DNA of 64,000 nt from Takakia lepidozioides. Taxonomy: Eukaryota > Plantae > Bryophyta. The translations under genes were made by a program, and so were the position numbers. Below are positions 34,805-47,538 of the stretch, piece after piece; the stretch's first letter is position 1; every line of letters starts with the position of its first letter. The notes beneath the pieces are model-generated. The model worked only from the letters and a program-made list of their open reading frames with translations. It ran no database searches and was not told the DNA's origin. The stretch is taken from the NCBI GenBank assembly GCA_030704615.1, contig CM060733.1, positions 48,918,001 through 48,982,000 of the forward strand, read 5' to 3'.

Positions 34805-36720
34805 TCATCGTTGAGGCAGCACTTTCAGCAGCTTATCACTCCACACTGTGACAAAGTCCAGAGTGTGACCAAGTTCTGTGTGGGCTGGCCGTACTGAAGT
34901 ATTGAAGTATGCAAGCGGGGTGCTGGCCGTGCATACGTCATCCACACGCACAGCCACGTACCCAATAGGTATAGATGGGTATCCCTCTGGGGGTGTACTG
35001 CACTGCAAACCCATCACCAAACCACTATCTACTTTGGCTTTTGATAGGGCATCCAAAAGCCACACTCGATGGCCTTGAATCACCTGCCACAATCCACAAG
35101 CAGTGTCAATTAAAAATGAGTCCCATATTTCACAGGTTTGAACCGAGTCACATGCAACCAGTGCAATCATGAGAAGATGATAGGGGTGTATAGTTTTTCT
35201 CACCCCATTTTGCTCCGAGGGTGTTGGAATAATGATCTTCTGAGCTGGTGTTGTTTTCACTAGGACAGCTTGCTTTCTATGTCCAACCTGCAACAACGTG
35301 GGGAAATCGCAAACATAAAGGAGATCAGCCCACTGCCAGGTGTTTTTTGCCTTACCCGTGTCATGCTACGGGGGTTGCATCCACAATGTGCCCTGTTGTG
35401 CCCTTCAACCTCATGCCAACTATGTGTCAAGAAACAATTGAACTCCCACAGGTAAATGATTATAGTCCTCATAACTGTAAGCACAAAAAAAGTAAGAGAT
35501 CTTACCATATTTTTCTCCAAGGCAGTGTTTGCTGCGCCCGAAACCCTCGCTGTCCCTGGCTTTCTGCGACCATGCGGCTGATATTGCATTGTACAACAAC
35601 GATATGTCAAATAGCTGTTCACAATACTGACAATGACAAACACTATCGTCAAATGTCCACAAACCTATGACTAACATAAGATATTAACATTCACTAATGC
35701 AAGGTAAGGGCCAGAGTGTACCTCTCTGGCCACGCCTTCAGCCTCTGTAGTAATAGGTCCCTGTCCATATCCCCCTGTTGTGCGTATGAATTCGGGCACA
35801 TTGGGGACTGTGCCAGTCTTTCGAGGTAGGGCCACACACTGTCCAACAGCCCAGTGTCAGCAACCCCTGTGTCATGTGTCCATGAAACTGGATAAACCCC
35901 AGAGTAGGCGGGATTGCGCATCCCCTTGTAAGGACTGTTGTCAACTAAGACAGTGTTTCGGGTTGACCACTGTGGCATTGCCTTCCACACCTTCTCCAAA
36001 CATTTGTAAAAACAGGCTTTGATGAGGATTGCATGTTTTTCCCTTCCTCACGTTCACAGTGGGACTGATCCCATACAAACTGAAGCCTTGTAACATGCGC
36101 CCTGAATATCCAATCGACGGCTGCCCGGACATTGTGAATTTGTGCAGAGGACCAAATAGCCAATTCAAAGACTTTCAAATTGCAATAAATTCACAACACC
36201 CCGGTCTTAAATCACGAGCTTTGAACCACATTTCTTGGACACAATTCCTTTTGGGACAGAAAGAACATGGTGAGTGGCATCACACAACAATCCATTCAAG
36301 TCCAAAATCAATAGATGTCTGGGTGTAGGAGGTTCAAATTGTGCAGGTAACATGCCCTGACCCTTGCTCGATGAAGTAGGTGATCCACGATCACTATCAA
36401 CTGGGTCTCCGTTGCTGTTGACTTCTCGCACTGGATAAGGTGACCGCATGGACTGTGAACCCTCCACGTTCAGTACTGGTTTACTGCCAACCGCCTCAAT
36501 CATGTTAAAACGTGAGTCCAGACGAGTTGACACGGTAGGGACATGTGTAGCTCCATCTACCACGATAGATGAGCCTGCACGTGTGTTGCCATCGGAACAA
36601 GGGTCAAGCTTCAGGCCAAACTTCATAGCCAAAAGCCTGTTGAACTCCTTGGCTTCAGACATGAATTTCCTCATGTCCGCCATACCTCCCTCCAACAAAT
36701 GACACTTTTTCTACCAATTC
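34805..36720 (-). pseudogene. CACTA accessory (TnpA/Tnp1-like) gene remnant carrying an FCP1/NIF domain
   Basis: NIF: LLILDLNGLLC..RPGC.EF..FELAIWSSA..FVWDQSHC..KPVF..NTVLVDNSPYK..NP..VWPYL. The last exon, VWLLD..KVDSGLV..IPIGYVAVRVDDV..PL..TELG..VTVW..LL, resembles the Tnp1/En/Spm C-terminal domain. Confidence 0.65.
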
Positions 36721-37049
36721 GCGGATGGTGCTTGTCTTGTCCTGCCAAACAAACCGTCAAATGTCAATAGACATACTACAAATGAAGGCATAAACAACAT
36801 AATATACTAAAATGAACAGCCTCTCCTTTCTTAAATGACTCACTCTAGGGCCAGTGGGCTGATCACCCAAGTCGTTTGGGAAGGGAATTGTCATTCATGA
36901 TGGCTTCTCAAGTCTAGAATATGTCATCCCATGATGTTAGTTCTTAAAAATTATAGTATTATTTACGGCTATGGCAGGGCATATAGATAATTTGCTGTAA
37001 AAATCGCAAGTTCTTTAGTGTGTATCTGTACAGTTCGACTAAGGGAGTG

Positions 37050-37598
37050 AGCGCGTTGGTGGCCAATATATTGGGCGTACCTGAATTTGAGTGTTTTGTC
37101 GGATTTGTGCGTCAGTGGTGGCTTTGGTTAGCCAGAAGTGATTTGAGAATTTATGGTGTAGTATATCGGATTGAGTCCATTTTTTGATGTGTACTTTGGT
37201 ATGGCTGATGGAGGCGGCAGCTTGTTTGTTTGCTTCTTTGGTCAGCGTGGTTAGAAGGTTGCGGACTGGTCTAGGTGCAGGGGGGTCCGGGACTGGGTGT
37301 ATGAACCAGAAGGGGTGGGTGTGAGTGATATAGAGTCGTTCGTTGGTACTACTGGGGGTTTGGAAGCGCCGAGTTGAGCGAGTAGGTCTGCTTCCTCATT
37401 TCCATGAATACCAGTGTGTGAGCGGACTTTGAGTAAATGGACTGGGTGGTTTATGGAGGTGGTTTTTTGGACAATGGCGGTAATAAGGTTACGGTCGGGG
37501 AGATGATGCTGGGAAGAGGGGCGGGAGATGTGGTTACGGATAAGATATAGGGAGGTGAGGCTGTCAGTGAAGATATAGTATGGTGGGGGGGGCGTCAA
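37050..37598 (-). mobile_element. Fragment of an RNase H-bearing LINE
   Basis: IFTDSLTSLYLI...LLKVRSHTGIHGNEEADLLA is the C-terminal half of RNase H1. Confidence 0.8.
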
Positions 37599-39165
37599 GC
37601 AGGGAAAGAGCGTTGTGGATGGCCATAAGTTCTGCTCTTAAAATGGTGGCAGGGCTGGGGAGCCGGAAGACAACACCCTGACCCAGGGATGCTAGACCCT
37701 GAGCCTGGCCGCGTGAGCGTGTGAGCGCAGCCAGGCTCACGCCACGTCATGCAAGAAGGATGCCGTGTGATGATGATGTGTGTAGGCATGGCCATACCAT
37801 GTCATCCTTCTTGCATGACATGGCAACCGACAATCCCTGACGAATGGACCTATACCCGTGGACATTCTTGAACAGGGCCCTATTACCGTGGGGTTGAGTA
37901 TAAGCAGAGAGGGCAGCAGCAGTGTTCAGCAAATTTGGTGGAAATTCGGCAGACGAAACCTGTGAAATGGGTCAGCTACTTTTTATAAAGGAATTTTGGG
38001 AGCAAAACTCGGAAAAATCGCCAAAAAGTGCCAATGGTCAAATATCAGCAGCCAAAATTTAGGGTTTAGGGACCTCAAAAATTGTGACACCTATTATATA
38101 TAGTCAATTTTTAGAGCCTGCCACCTCGTTACTCTCGTCACATGGGCACTGGATAGGTACATATACCCTTTGTGGCAATTTTGGATAAGTGAAAAGAAAG
38201 CTGAAGAAGCACAAGAAAGCTTATACTGAATGTTGCTGAATTGTGAATGTTTATGAGTGTTTGCAGAAAACGAATATAGAAGAATGGTTGTGGATGAATT
38301 AATGAGGATGAAGGAGAGCCAATGTGGATGGGACGCTCCAAATATGGATGAATGTGGATGAGAAATTGTGGACAAATATGGATGAAGGAGAGAGTGGATG
38401 AATGTTGAATGAGGATGTCATTCCAACATTTATCTAAAACAAGCACAACGATCAATGTCTTTTGCACAAACATCAAAATTAGGAAGAGATCCAGGTCTTG
38501 TGCATGAGGAGTTCTAGTTCTTTCACAATGTGCAACAAAAATTTGACAAAACTACTTGGCAGCACATGCCTTGTCTTCCTGATTGACCCATAACCAATGT
38601 TAGGCATCAATGTGGTGCCCTTGAACTTGCGCTGAACCCGAGAGTGTGCATACATACATCATCCCCAAGGCTTGCACCTAAACCCTTTGCTCATGCAGAT
38701 GCAAAATCCAGACTTAAATCCAGACAGAAGCCTCTGTTGCAAATGCATACAAGCCATGAAATTGAGAAACCATCATTGAACGCCATTAGCGGGCACACAC
38801 CTTCCTATGCAGCTTTAATATGACCCTTTGCAGATTTATGCATTTGTGTTACAATATTGCCAAAACATAAGGAAAAGAAAAACTCCAGCAAATAGAGGGT
38901 GACAGGATGATGCCAATTGACATAAAATTGATAATTCTCAGGTATGATGAAAAAATTGAGAGTAAGTATGTCTGCCAAAAATAATCTTGATACTAATGAT
39001 GAAAGCTTGCAAAGAATGATAGGGTAGCCGCAACAGAAATTGTCTCTCTTTCTCTCAACTTAACAATTATTGTTGAATCCCAGGAAACCAGTTTCAACAA
39101 CCTGTATCAATGCTAACCTGCTGCCATTACTCGAGGGTAAGCTGGGCTAGTAGAACTTCTCTCAG

Positions 39166-42100
39166 TCACTTAACCTCCTGGGTGAACAGCTTCTTCACCT
39201 GCACCGGGGCAAAATTGATCCAAAAGAAATCAAAACCAGCTTTTAGTGAGAGAGTCATACCATAGGAGTGAAGTACCGAGGAGATTTCATTTTTCATGTC
39301 ACAGAGTGAAGGGTGCAGAGCAACCTGGGAAACAACCCATCTTCGCATACCATGTTTGAAGCAAAACCTTAAGAGCTTCAGTGATTGTGGAAGATGATGA
39401 TTTGTGAGGGGTGTATTATTTCTATGCCGTAATTGGGACACTTGACAATAGCACCAACTGTAGATGGAACTCTGGACCTGCACTGAAATGTGAATGACAG
39501 GGAATGTATGAAAAACTACCAACCTGTTCCAAAGTTAAGAACATGATGACGTTCCAGGAGCCAAGTCGACCAAAATTGGGCACAAAGCCCTTGTAGAATG
39601 CCATTGGGCCCTGCATAAAATCCAAAAGCATACCCCTGTTACTAACAGTCTCCTTGTTACAGAGTTTATCATTACCGACACTTAAAAAAGCAAAATTATC
39701 AAGACTTCATCTCTTCTTTTCAGCTTCCCTCTTATGTCAGATAACAGTGCACTGCTACCAAAGAAATTGGCAGCAATACTAGACTCCTTGAGTTCGAGTA
39801 TCTACCCATAAAACGCATGTGACAAGACCAGAAAAGTAGAGGAGGGAAGGAGAGGAGTAGAAAAAAGGGGCTGGGGTGAGAAGGCAGCATACATCATTCT
39901 TGAAAGTCTGGATGAAGCAATCAATTGTGCCCTTGTAAGCTGTGGAGTTTCCCATCATTCGTGACTTCACCTGCATCCCCCATTACCCGCAGGCCCCCAA
40001 AAACTTCCATTTACGACTCAACCGGATTTTATAAACTCTCCGAAGTCTACTTGCACAGTCTTCACGATAAATAAAGCAGAAATAGCATTATCAATCAAAG
40101 AAGTCCCAATGTCATGATGGAACTTTGAGGGACCAGCTTCTCTCGGCTCTACTGAGGTGAGGTTTTCTACTGAAGTTTCTACGGGGTTTTTCCCCTAGAG
40201 AATGTACTCATAAGATGTTTGGGAGGGGGGGGAGGAGAGGGAGAGAGAGAGAGAGAATTTGATACCTCCAGGAGGCTAGATGGCCAACGGGAGCAAGTAG
40301 AACAACTAGAAACCAAAGAGTATGTCAACCATCCACTTGGTCTCATATTTGAAGGAAAGTATTTTGAGTAAGAGAATGTACTAATAAGACGTTGTTTGCC
40401 ATAGCCTTGTGGCCATTGACCCCACGTCCAGTTTGAGCGGAAACCAAAGGGACAGAGAGAAAGAGACTATGAAGAGACTGGCAGACATAGATGTATGGAG
40501 CAGAGAAAAAGCTCCTTAATATACCATTGGAATAAACGTCCAAAGGAAGAGAAGGAGCGAATTCATTGGGCACATACCACATCGACGGGAGAGCCAACGC
40601 AAACAGCAATGAAGCCCGCACCTAACCCAGAAAGCAAGTGAGTGACAATGTTGTCTGAGAAACCGGGCAGCTTCAGCAGTGTCTGCAATGTCCCACACAG
40701 TACATTAATAGACTAATGGGGCGCAGAGGGCCTGCCTCTGTAAGAACAGACTTCAGCACAACTGAACAGAAATGTCGCTCTCAACTTCATGTGGTGGCAT
40801 CACTATGGTGCTAAGCTATGTAGATTTTACACACTGAGAGGCGCACCTGCTTGACTTGGTCATAGCTGGCTAGCTCAGCAGCATTGATGATGGCATTCCG
40901 AGCCACATTAGGGCCAAGCCCAGTCCATAGGGCAGCAACTCCTTCCTGGTGGAAAGAAAATTGAAAAGTATTAAAGAAGGTACCAACAATGACAGTGATA
41001 CGATAAGTGCACCACCAAAACCTGTTAAATCAATTGATAAAATGTTTCCATGCAAGTGAGAGCATGCATGGTAACTCTGATGCTAAATGCTTCACAAGAC
41101 ATCCTCTCTCCTCACCCATCATTCGTTATTACAGCTCACTTGAGCAAGGTAAGCCTCAAACCTGCTTGACAATTGTGGAATAAGCATTCATGGCTCCACT
41201 GTAACGCCGAGGCACCCCAGGAGGCAGCTTGCCTTCAGCTTGCAGCCGCACCTTCACCAAATCAGTGGGGCTGGCCACAGTGATGGCTATTGCACCTGCT
41301 TCCACCAACCCCCATACTCGAGATTTTGACCCCAACAGTATGAAGAGAGTGCCAGCATAACCACCATTATGATTCAAAGTAGGCAAGAATGACACATAAA
41401 ATCAGATTGTGGCAGGAGAATGGAGACATGAAGGCAGAGTGGATGATAGGCCACTCCCAGTCGCAAAGGTTGGAAGACAGGGGTTGACTGTGGACGAGAA
41501 GAAAGATAGAGGGAAATAGGCTTGCCTGTAGTGAGACCAGCTAGAATTTTCTTCAGCAATGGGACATCTCCTACATGATCAGGCCCTATGTACAAGTTCT
41601 TAACCTGAAATTTACCACACACCACAGAAAGAAACTATCAGCAAGTTTCGTACTGAGACTCACACTTACCAGAGGCAGCCTTATTGGTCCTGTACTTGGC
41701 CATGCAAACCATTCGGGGGGGCTACAAGTATAGAGCTTCCCTGATCAGTCCAAAAGTTCACTATCTTTGTCTTCCCATAACCCATACAATTAATTTTCTG
41801 GCCATTTCACCTTTTCCCTTTCGTTTGTATCTCTCATCTTTCCCTCCCTCCTAGAAGAAAAGCCTTCAGCTATCAGGACCGAAATACTTAGCAGTTTTAA
41901 CCTACCTGCACTGTCTTTGGGCAAAGTTTAGGATTTGATCTATTTTCCTTATCAGTGTTCTGTGACCTCCTGTATGACAAAATCAAAGACTGGTTGTTCT
42001 GTGGGGGCATGAAGCAAGAAAACTGAAGTCTGACCAATACCATCTGTTCCCCATGTCCCATTTACTCTTCTAAAGATTGCACCCACAATCCTGCAAGTAG

Positions 42101-43760
42101 CTACTTTGGCACTCAAGACTTCAAACAGACAAAAGTGGGCAAAACAAGGATGTGTGGATGGTCAAATCAGGCTGGATCGTGACAGTGAAAATGGAGTGGC
42201 AAAGAGGATCTTCGCAGATTCTTCACCAATCTAAGAGGAATCTATCATTCTTACCCCAACTCACACAAGGTTGAGACTATCGACTTTCTTTGGAAACTTT
42301 AATCTTCCACATCAAACTGTTCTGGAATTGGCATTACTGTTCCTTCAGCTCTACTCCAAAAAGTTCAGGTCTTTCTCTAGGTTATATTGAAAAATTTACT
42401 GAAATGCTTGTGGCGTCAGAACCCCTCCCAACAGAGCTGTGAGTTGACATCAGGATACGGTGCGTAAAAGTTAAAGTGACTTCACTAGATTGAAGAGTCA
42501 GTGCTAGGGCCAGGGTTGATGCTCTCGACTCAAAGGAGACTTTGCAACTATGATCCAGATACCATGGAGTGTCAATGCTAAGGAGGGTTTAAGCCCTGGA
42601 TCCAAAACATCCAGACTTCCTGCATTGACCCAGGTATTAGAGGCACATAATGGAGAGTGTAAGAGCAAGAGTTTACTTAAAGTTGGTGTAAGGGAGAGGT
42701 AAACGCACAGGTTCATAAAGTCCGATGCGGAGGCCTCCAAAGAGACACTGTCGGTGAAGACCTGGAACAATGCCTCGCCAAAGAGAAGCTAAACCTTCTT
42801 CCCTTGCTATGGTTGCAACGGTCCCCAGCATGCCCTTGTACTTGGGAGCTACGGCCAGTTCACCTGCCAGGGCTTTCCCCTGCAGCTGCAGCCTAACTTT
42901 GGCTGTGTCTAGCGGGATAGTGCATATCTGTCATCCATCCGTCCACCCCGTGCCTTGATATTAGTGAACGAGCTTTACTCTTTAGAACTTGCATCAAAGT
43001 CCCCAATTTGAGCACTTTTGAGTAGCATTTTGCTTGTTGTCGATAGGTGAATCCGTGAGGCCTAAAATTGTTTTCAAATCAGTCACCAGAAGCTCTCCTC
43101 CCCTCCATGTACACACCCATGCACATAGGAAGAAGACAGACACATATTTTCTCCAATGTCCTGAAAGGAAAAGGCATGAAATCCAAGTGAACTGAAAAAA
43201 TCTAGCAGACATTCGCGATCACACAGAGCCCCTAAGCCTTCCAACTCCATATCTTAGCTATCTCCGGTGTTACGAAATTTGATCCAACCCGGATGCATGT
43301 AGAAAACATTGAGAGATCGGGACTTATGTGGAATGAGGTGTGAGGTAATGCCGAATAATCTCATACAAATCCACATCCGTGATCAAAATTCAAAACACAG
43401 GCTAATTCACCTCAAATACCCAACAGAATGAAAGCACTAGATCCAAGAAAAAATCACGAGAAAAGAGAAGGAGAATCTCATATGCAGACGGTTCAGAAAA
43501 AGTCGATTACAGAGGCCAATTCAACTTACAACTTGGATCCAGGGGAAAAATCACCAGAGACCCCGAAATCTCATAATCAAGGCAGAAGAGTGACAGGCGA
43601 TGCTTTCTATACTAATTCAACTCATGGAATAGCACACGAAGCAGCTGCAAAGCGATGGAAGAGATGGAAGCACCTCTGCCCAGCAGGCACTGAAGGCGCT
43701 GCTTGCGAAAGTTCCATAGAGAGGTATGCTAGTCTTGATCTTGGGTTTGTCCTCCGCCAT
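39166..43760 (-). CDS. UCP1: Mitochondrial uncoupling protein (SLC25 carrier), 9 exons, 306 aa, intact
   Basis: Exons 43760-43674, 42927-42709, 41604-41526, 41295-41162, 40945-40847, 40682-40578, 39970-39893, 39610-39524 and 39198-39166 sum to 921 nt in frame. Three carrier signatures: [30 protein letters not shown]. Intron 3 has a GC donor. Confidence 0.96.
40198..40455 (-). mobile_element. Two short 3'-end fragments of the LINE family at 8045, inside UCP intron 6
   Basis: GAGAATGTACTCATAAGATGTT at 40198, and GAGAATGTACTAATAAGACGTTGTTTGCC...CCAGTTTGAGCGG at 40372-40450, match 8044-8125. Confidence 0.8.
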
Positions 43761-44125
43761 AGCTGCGGGATGCGAGCAGCGAGAAGAGAAGAGAGAGCGC
43801 AGTGCAGACGGCAGAGTAGTCGAGCCTCTCCCGTCGCTGCCGCTTTCGCCGACACCTTCGCCGGGCGTCTTTCCGGTAGCCATCTGTCCATGTGGGATTG
43901 GCTTATATTCCGATGCCCTCATGTTGGAGGTAATTCCAAGATGGATGAGGATTCACCATTGCGGCAAGTCATCCATAATGTCGCGAAAATCTAAATAATA
44001 AACAAATACGGAAAATATTATTATAGAGGGTCCACTATATACAGAGAACAGTTAGTGGTGGCTGAAAAACGGGATTTTGGCACACATGTATATATAATAT
44101 TTGTAATATTAATGGTCATATAGAA

Positions 44126-44870
44126 TTTTTTTTATAAAAATAAACAGGGGACGGAGCCCTGGGATAAGTTTTATTTAGACCTATTGGAAGGAAAAAAATT
44201 AAAACCCTCTATCAAACCATGAGGCGATGTCAGTGAATGACGAACCATACTAGCGGAGTAATTTCGAGTCAAGCTATACTTGGTAGAACAATTCTATCCT
44301 TCTATTACTGCCTTAGTAATTGCTAAATAGCCTTGCGGTATGAAGCCTAGGTAACCTTGCGATATGAAGCCTCCGGTCCTGTATCATGAGAGATTGCGGG
44401 ATGGTGAAGTAGGTGCTAGCAAAATGCAAGTACTCATCAGCGAAAGTGAAGCCTGGATGGCTTGACAGTGTCCTTGATATGTTTCCAATTCACGTCCCTG
44501 TCATACTCCGGCGATGCGATGGACTGCAGAGCCGAGGTTGCACCAGCCAGGTAGAGGCTGCTTGTTCCATTCACAATGGTCTGGTGAAGTGCTAGAACAG
44601 ATGATGCTTCCAAGTGCTCAGGTAAATGGGAAGCCCTGGTGCAGTTGACCTGCGTTCCGAGGGGCTTTTAGATTAGCAGCTTGAAGTTTGATCCACGCTT
44701 TTCTTGCTTCTATTAGAAGGTCATAATAGATAGCTGCTAATAGAGTGGAAATAGACATATAGTCCCAGAGAATGTTCTCTTACATCTCGCCCTCCAAATA
44801 TGCCATAATGTAGCACATCTAAGGGCGTTGAGGACTGGGCAATCCCTTGCTTTCTGCTTTGTTGCTTGAT
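44126..44870 (-). mobile_element. 5'-truncated L1-type LINE 3' end
   Basis: Minus strand reads LRCATLWHIWR..RCKRTF (the LW.IW..R motif of the L1 ORF2 tail). Short A-tail appears as the T run at 44126-44133. Confidence 0.55.
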
Positions 44871-44973
44871 CGTAGTTTAACAAGATAGAATAATAAATCT
44901 TAATGCGTTGAACTATTTATCTTTAATTAAAATAATGATAACAGACTAAGTTGGTTACTTTTTGCCCCTCTTG

Positions 44974-45480
44974 TAGAGAGAGACTTTGGGGAGACATGCA
45001 AGTCAATGGAGAAAATGTGGTCAAAGGACCTTACACCGTGTCAAGGCGCTGATTGGTGTGTTTGTGCTGAGTTATGCTCCCTAGTCTTACGTTCTTCTTA
45101 TGTTGTGCCAAAGCAAAGCAAGAGAGCCAATTGCTGTGTTTGAGGCTTGTTTGAAAAAGGGACAAATGTCCACTGAGGAAACCAATAGGTTCGCCTCCGT
45201 CTCACATCTACCAATAGCTTCCCAATTTTTTATTCCTCCTCTGTAAAGGGCCTGAAATGTAAGTTGTCATTCCTAGGGTTTTTTATTTTTATTTTATTGG
45301 CTGTCTTCTAGAGAGACACTTTGCAATATGTTCAAGTCAACGGAGAAAATGTGGTCAAAGGACCTTACACCGTGTTAAGGCTCCGATTGGTGTGTTCTGC
45401 TGAGTCATGCCCCTTACTCTCACCTTCCTCTTATGTTTTGCCAAAGCAAGAGACCCCATCGCCATTTTAGGCTTGTTTTA
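44974..45480. repeat. Degenerate direct duplication (~170-bp unit, ~330-bp spacing)
   Basis: GGAGAAAATGTGGTCAAAGGACCTTACACCGTGT and its flanks occur at ~45008 and ~45342. Confidence 0.85.
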
Positions 45481-45687
45481 TTTTTAAATGGAACCATGCC
45501 CATCATTCAGGCCCTTGAGGAGGGGGAAAAAATAACCCCATTTCCTTATGGGCCATGGGCCATGGGCCATGAGACACATCAAAAGACGCTTCCCGAAGGG
45601 AGCATAAATTATGGCGTCTCTTCATCACACCACAAGGGCTACTGCCTTCCAGCTGAAAGGTGGACACTTTCATGACACACCAGACCG

Positions 45688-45858
45688 TGGTTTGAACCCA
45701 CAACCACATCCAACGTGGTATGTACCCATTACCACTGGGCCATGAGACACATAGTACCCGAAGGCAGACCGCCAGGAACAATCCACACATAGGACAGGGC
45801 AGTAGATTTGCACCTGGAACCCGCAAGGTGATACCGTGCACTTACCAATTGAGCTACC
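45688..45858 (-). mobile_element. tRNA-derived SINE-like sequence with two A/B-box heads in tandem
   Basis: Minus strand: TAGCTCAATTGG ... GGTGCAAATC, then TGGCCCAGTGG ... GGTTCAAACC. Confidence 0.5.
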
Positions 45859-45877
45859 AGTATAATAAAGTTATCCG

Positions 45878-46140
45878 TTCTAGCACATGTGTCGCAAGAT
45901 TTTATAAATTCTTTAACGAGTTTCCACATCTGCGGCCACCAATAGTCCCTGGATATTAATTCCATTGCTTTGTTGAAGCCGAAATGTCCTGTAACTGGAA
46001 GATCACGACCTGTTTGAAGAATTCGAAGTCGTATAGATCCTGGAGGTACATAGAAAAGTCCCTTGAAGTGAAGAAAGTCATCTTTGAATTTGAAATCATT
46101 TGCAACATATGGGTGGTCTTGAGGTTGATTCAGTTGACTT
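45878..46140 (-). mobile_element. Ty3/gypsy integrase zinc-finger fragment
   Basis: LFYVPPGSIRLRIL...TGHFGFNKAMELISRDYWWPQMWKLVKEFIKSCDTCAR. Confidence 0.85.
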
Positions 46141-46539
46141 CATAGTGAAACTTCCCCATTGGAGGTTTCTTGATGGAGAAGTTTCCTTAAACAAAGGAGG
46201 TATCTTGATGAAGAAGTTTCATCCAAAGGAAGCTTCCTGAGCAGTTTTCCAAGTTACTCTCGGTAATTTGGAAAACTTCTGATAACTTGGTAACTAATGA
46301 TAAATCACGATAGATCATGGTAAATTATAGTAAATCATGATAATGTTTGATAACATGGTAACTTGGTAATTTTTGGTATTTACTCATAGTAAGTTCCTCT
46401 GGGCTATGTCTGTGATAGAGATGAGGGCAATCATGATGAGGGTTTTTAGTGATGAAGTGAAGTCAAATTTGGCAAGAAAAAACTTATGGCTTAATACCGA
46501 TTCTTAAGCAACTCGTGAAATACATGATCTCTAATTGCC

Positions 46540-46760
46540 ACACACCACATCCATATGCAGTCATATATTCTAGTCATAAGAATGACAATGTGACTACATC
46601 GGTGGATCATGAGTGCCACATTACCATATAGACTGTCACATATGATTATATGACTTCATGGTCGACATGACTTGGTGTTCATCACTTCAATGACATATAG
46701 TCATACGTGACATGACAGTCATTACAAACGTAGTCATAAAAACCACAATTTGGAGTAGTA
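46540..46760 (+). mobile_element. Right end of a CACTA related to the one starting at 20577
   Basis: TAGTCAT/ATGAC subterminal repeats end in GTAGTCATAAAAACCACAATTTGGAGTAGTA, which resembles the reverse complement of 20577-20607. Confidence 0.6.
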
Positions 46761-47516
46761 GTATAAGTGAGCCCTCTTGTGGCACCTTATATACAACCGC
46801 CGAACAAGTACTGATGCATATGGGTACGTGGTTCCTCTCCATACACTGAAGTCACTCAAGTAGTGTGTCATTTGTATATTGAACTTGACAGATGGGTAAT
46901 TGCAAACAGGCCCCTGCCTTTACAATGTTATCTATGTAGCATATTCACCATACTTGTGTCCAAGAGGAAAAATTAAACACACGGTGTCATCACTTATGTG
47001 TTTTCAATTGCATATTGTACACACCCCGAAACTGACCTAAACATCCACACTTCTCATGTACGTCTATAATTGGACAAACATGGCACAGAAAGAATATGAA
47101 CCTTTGTAAGGGTGCACGGAGGACATCAAGCGTCTATGTTGGCGCCGCCTCAGCAACAGCAAACCAACGTACAACCCAATCATACTCTACGAATGCTACC
47201 TCATTTTCTTTGGGATGGATGACTTCCTCTTCCCAAAGCACAGTCTCCGCCACCTTCCGTGCATCTAACTTCACTACTGTGAAGTTCAGATCCTCCCGTT
47301 CCGATGTGGATGTGGCTGACTCCGACGCCTCATACCCAGGGCCTTTCCTTAGTGTATCTCGTTGTTGTCGGGTCATCACTGCGTAGCTACCTTTTCCGGG
47401 GCTAGTTGTCGTTGTTGGAGTGGCCTCCGGCTCACTCGCAATCCAATTTATTTGGTGCTGCATTTCCTGAGGGCGTCCAATGACACAATAAAAAACAAAA
47501 ATTTCAAATTATTTTG

Positions 47517-47538
47517 ATATATATATATATATATATAT
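47517..47538. repeat. (AT)n microsatellite
   Basis: Directly visible. Confidence 0.95.

Noticed and set aside
20577-46760. One 26-kb CACTA element spanning the PPR, NIF and UCP genes
   Set aside because: The ends share subterminal motifs, but the TIRs differ at about 9 of 31 positions, the flanking triplets do not match (ACA vs GTA), and the gypsy integrase does not resume after 46760.
47096-47463. 109-aa minus-strand ORF followed by a Cys/His-rich stretch
   Set aside because: I recognise no motif. It is probably TE debris but cannot be assigned without a search.
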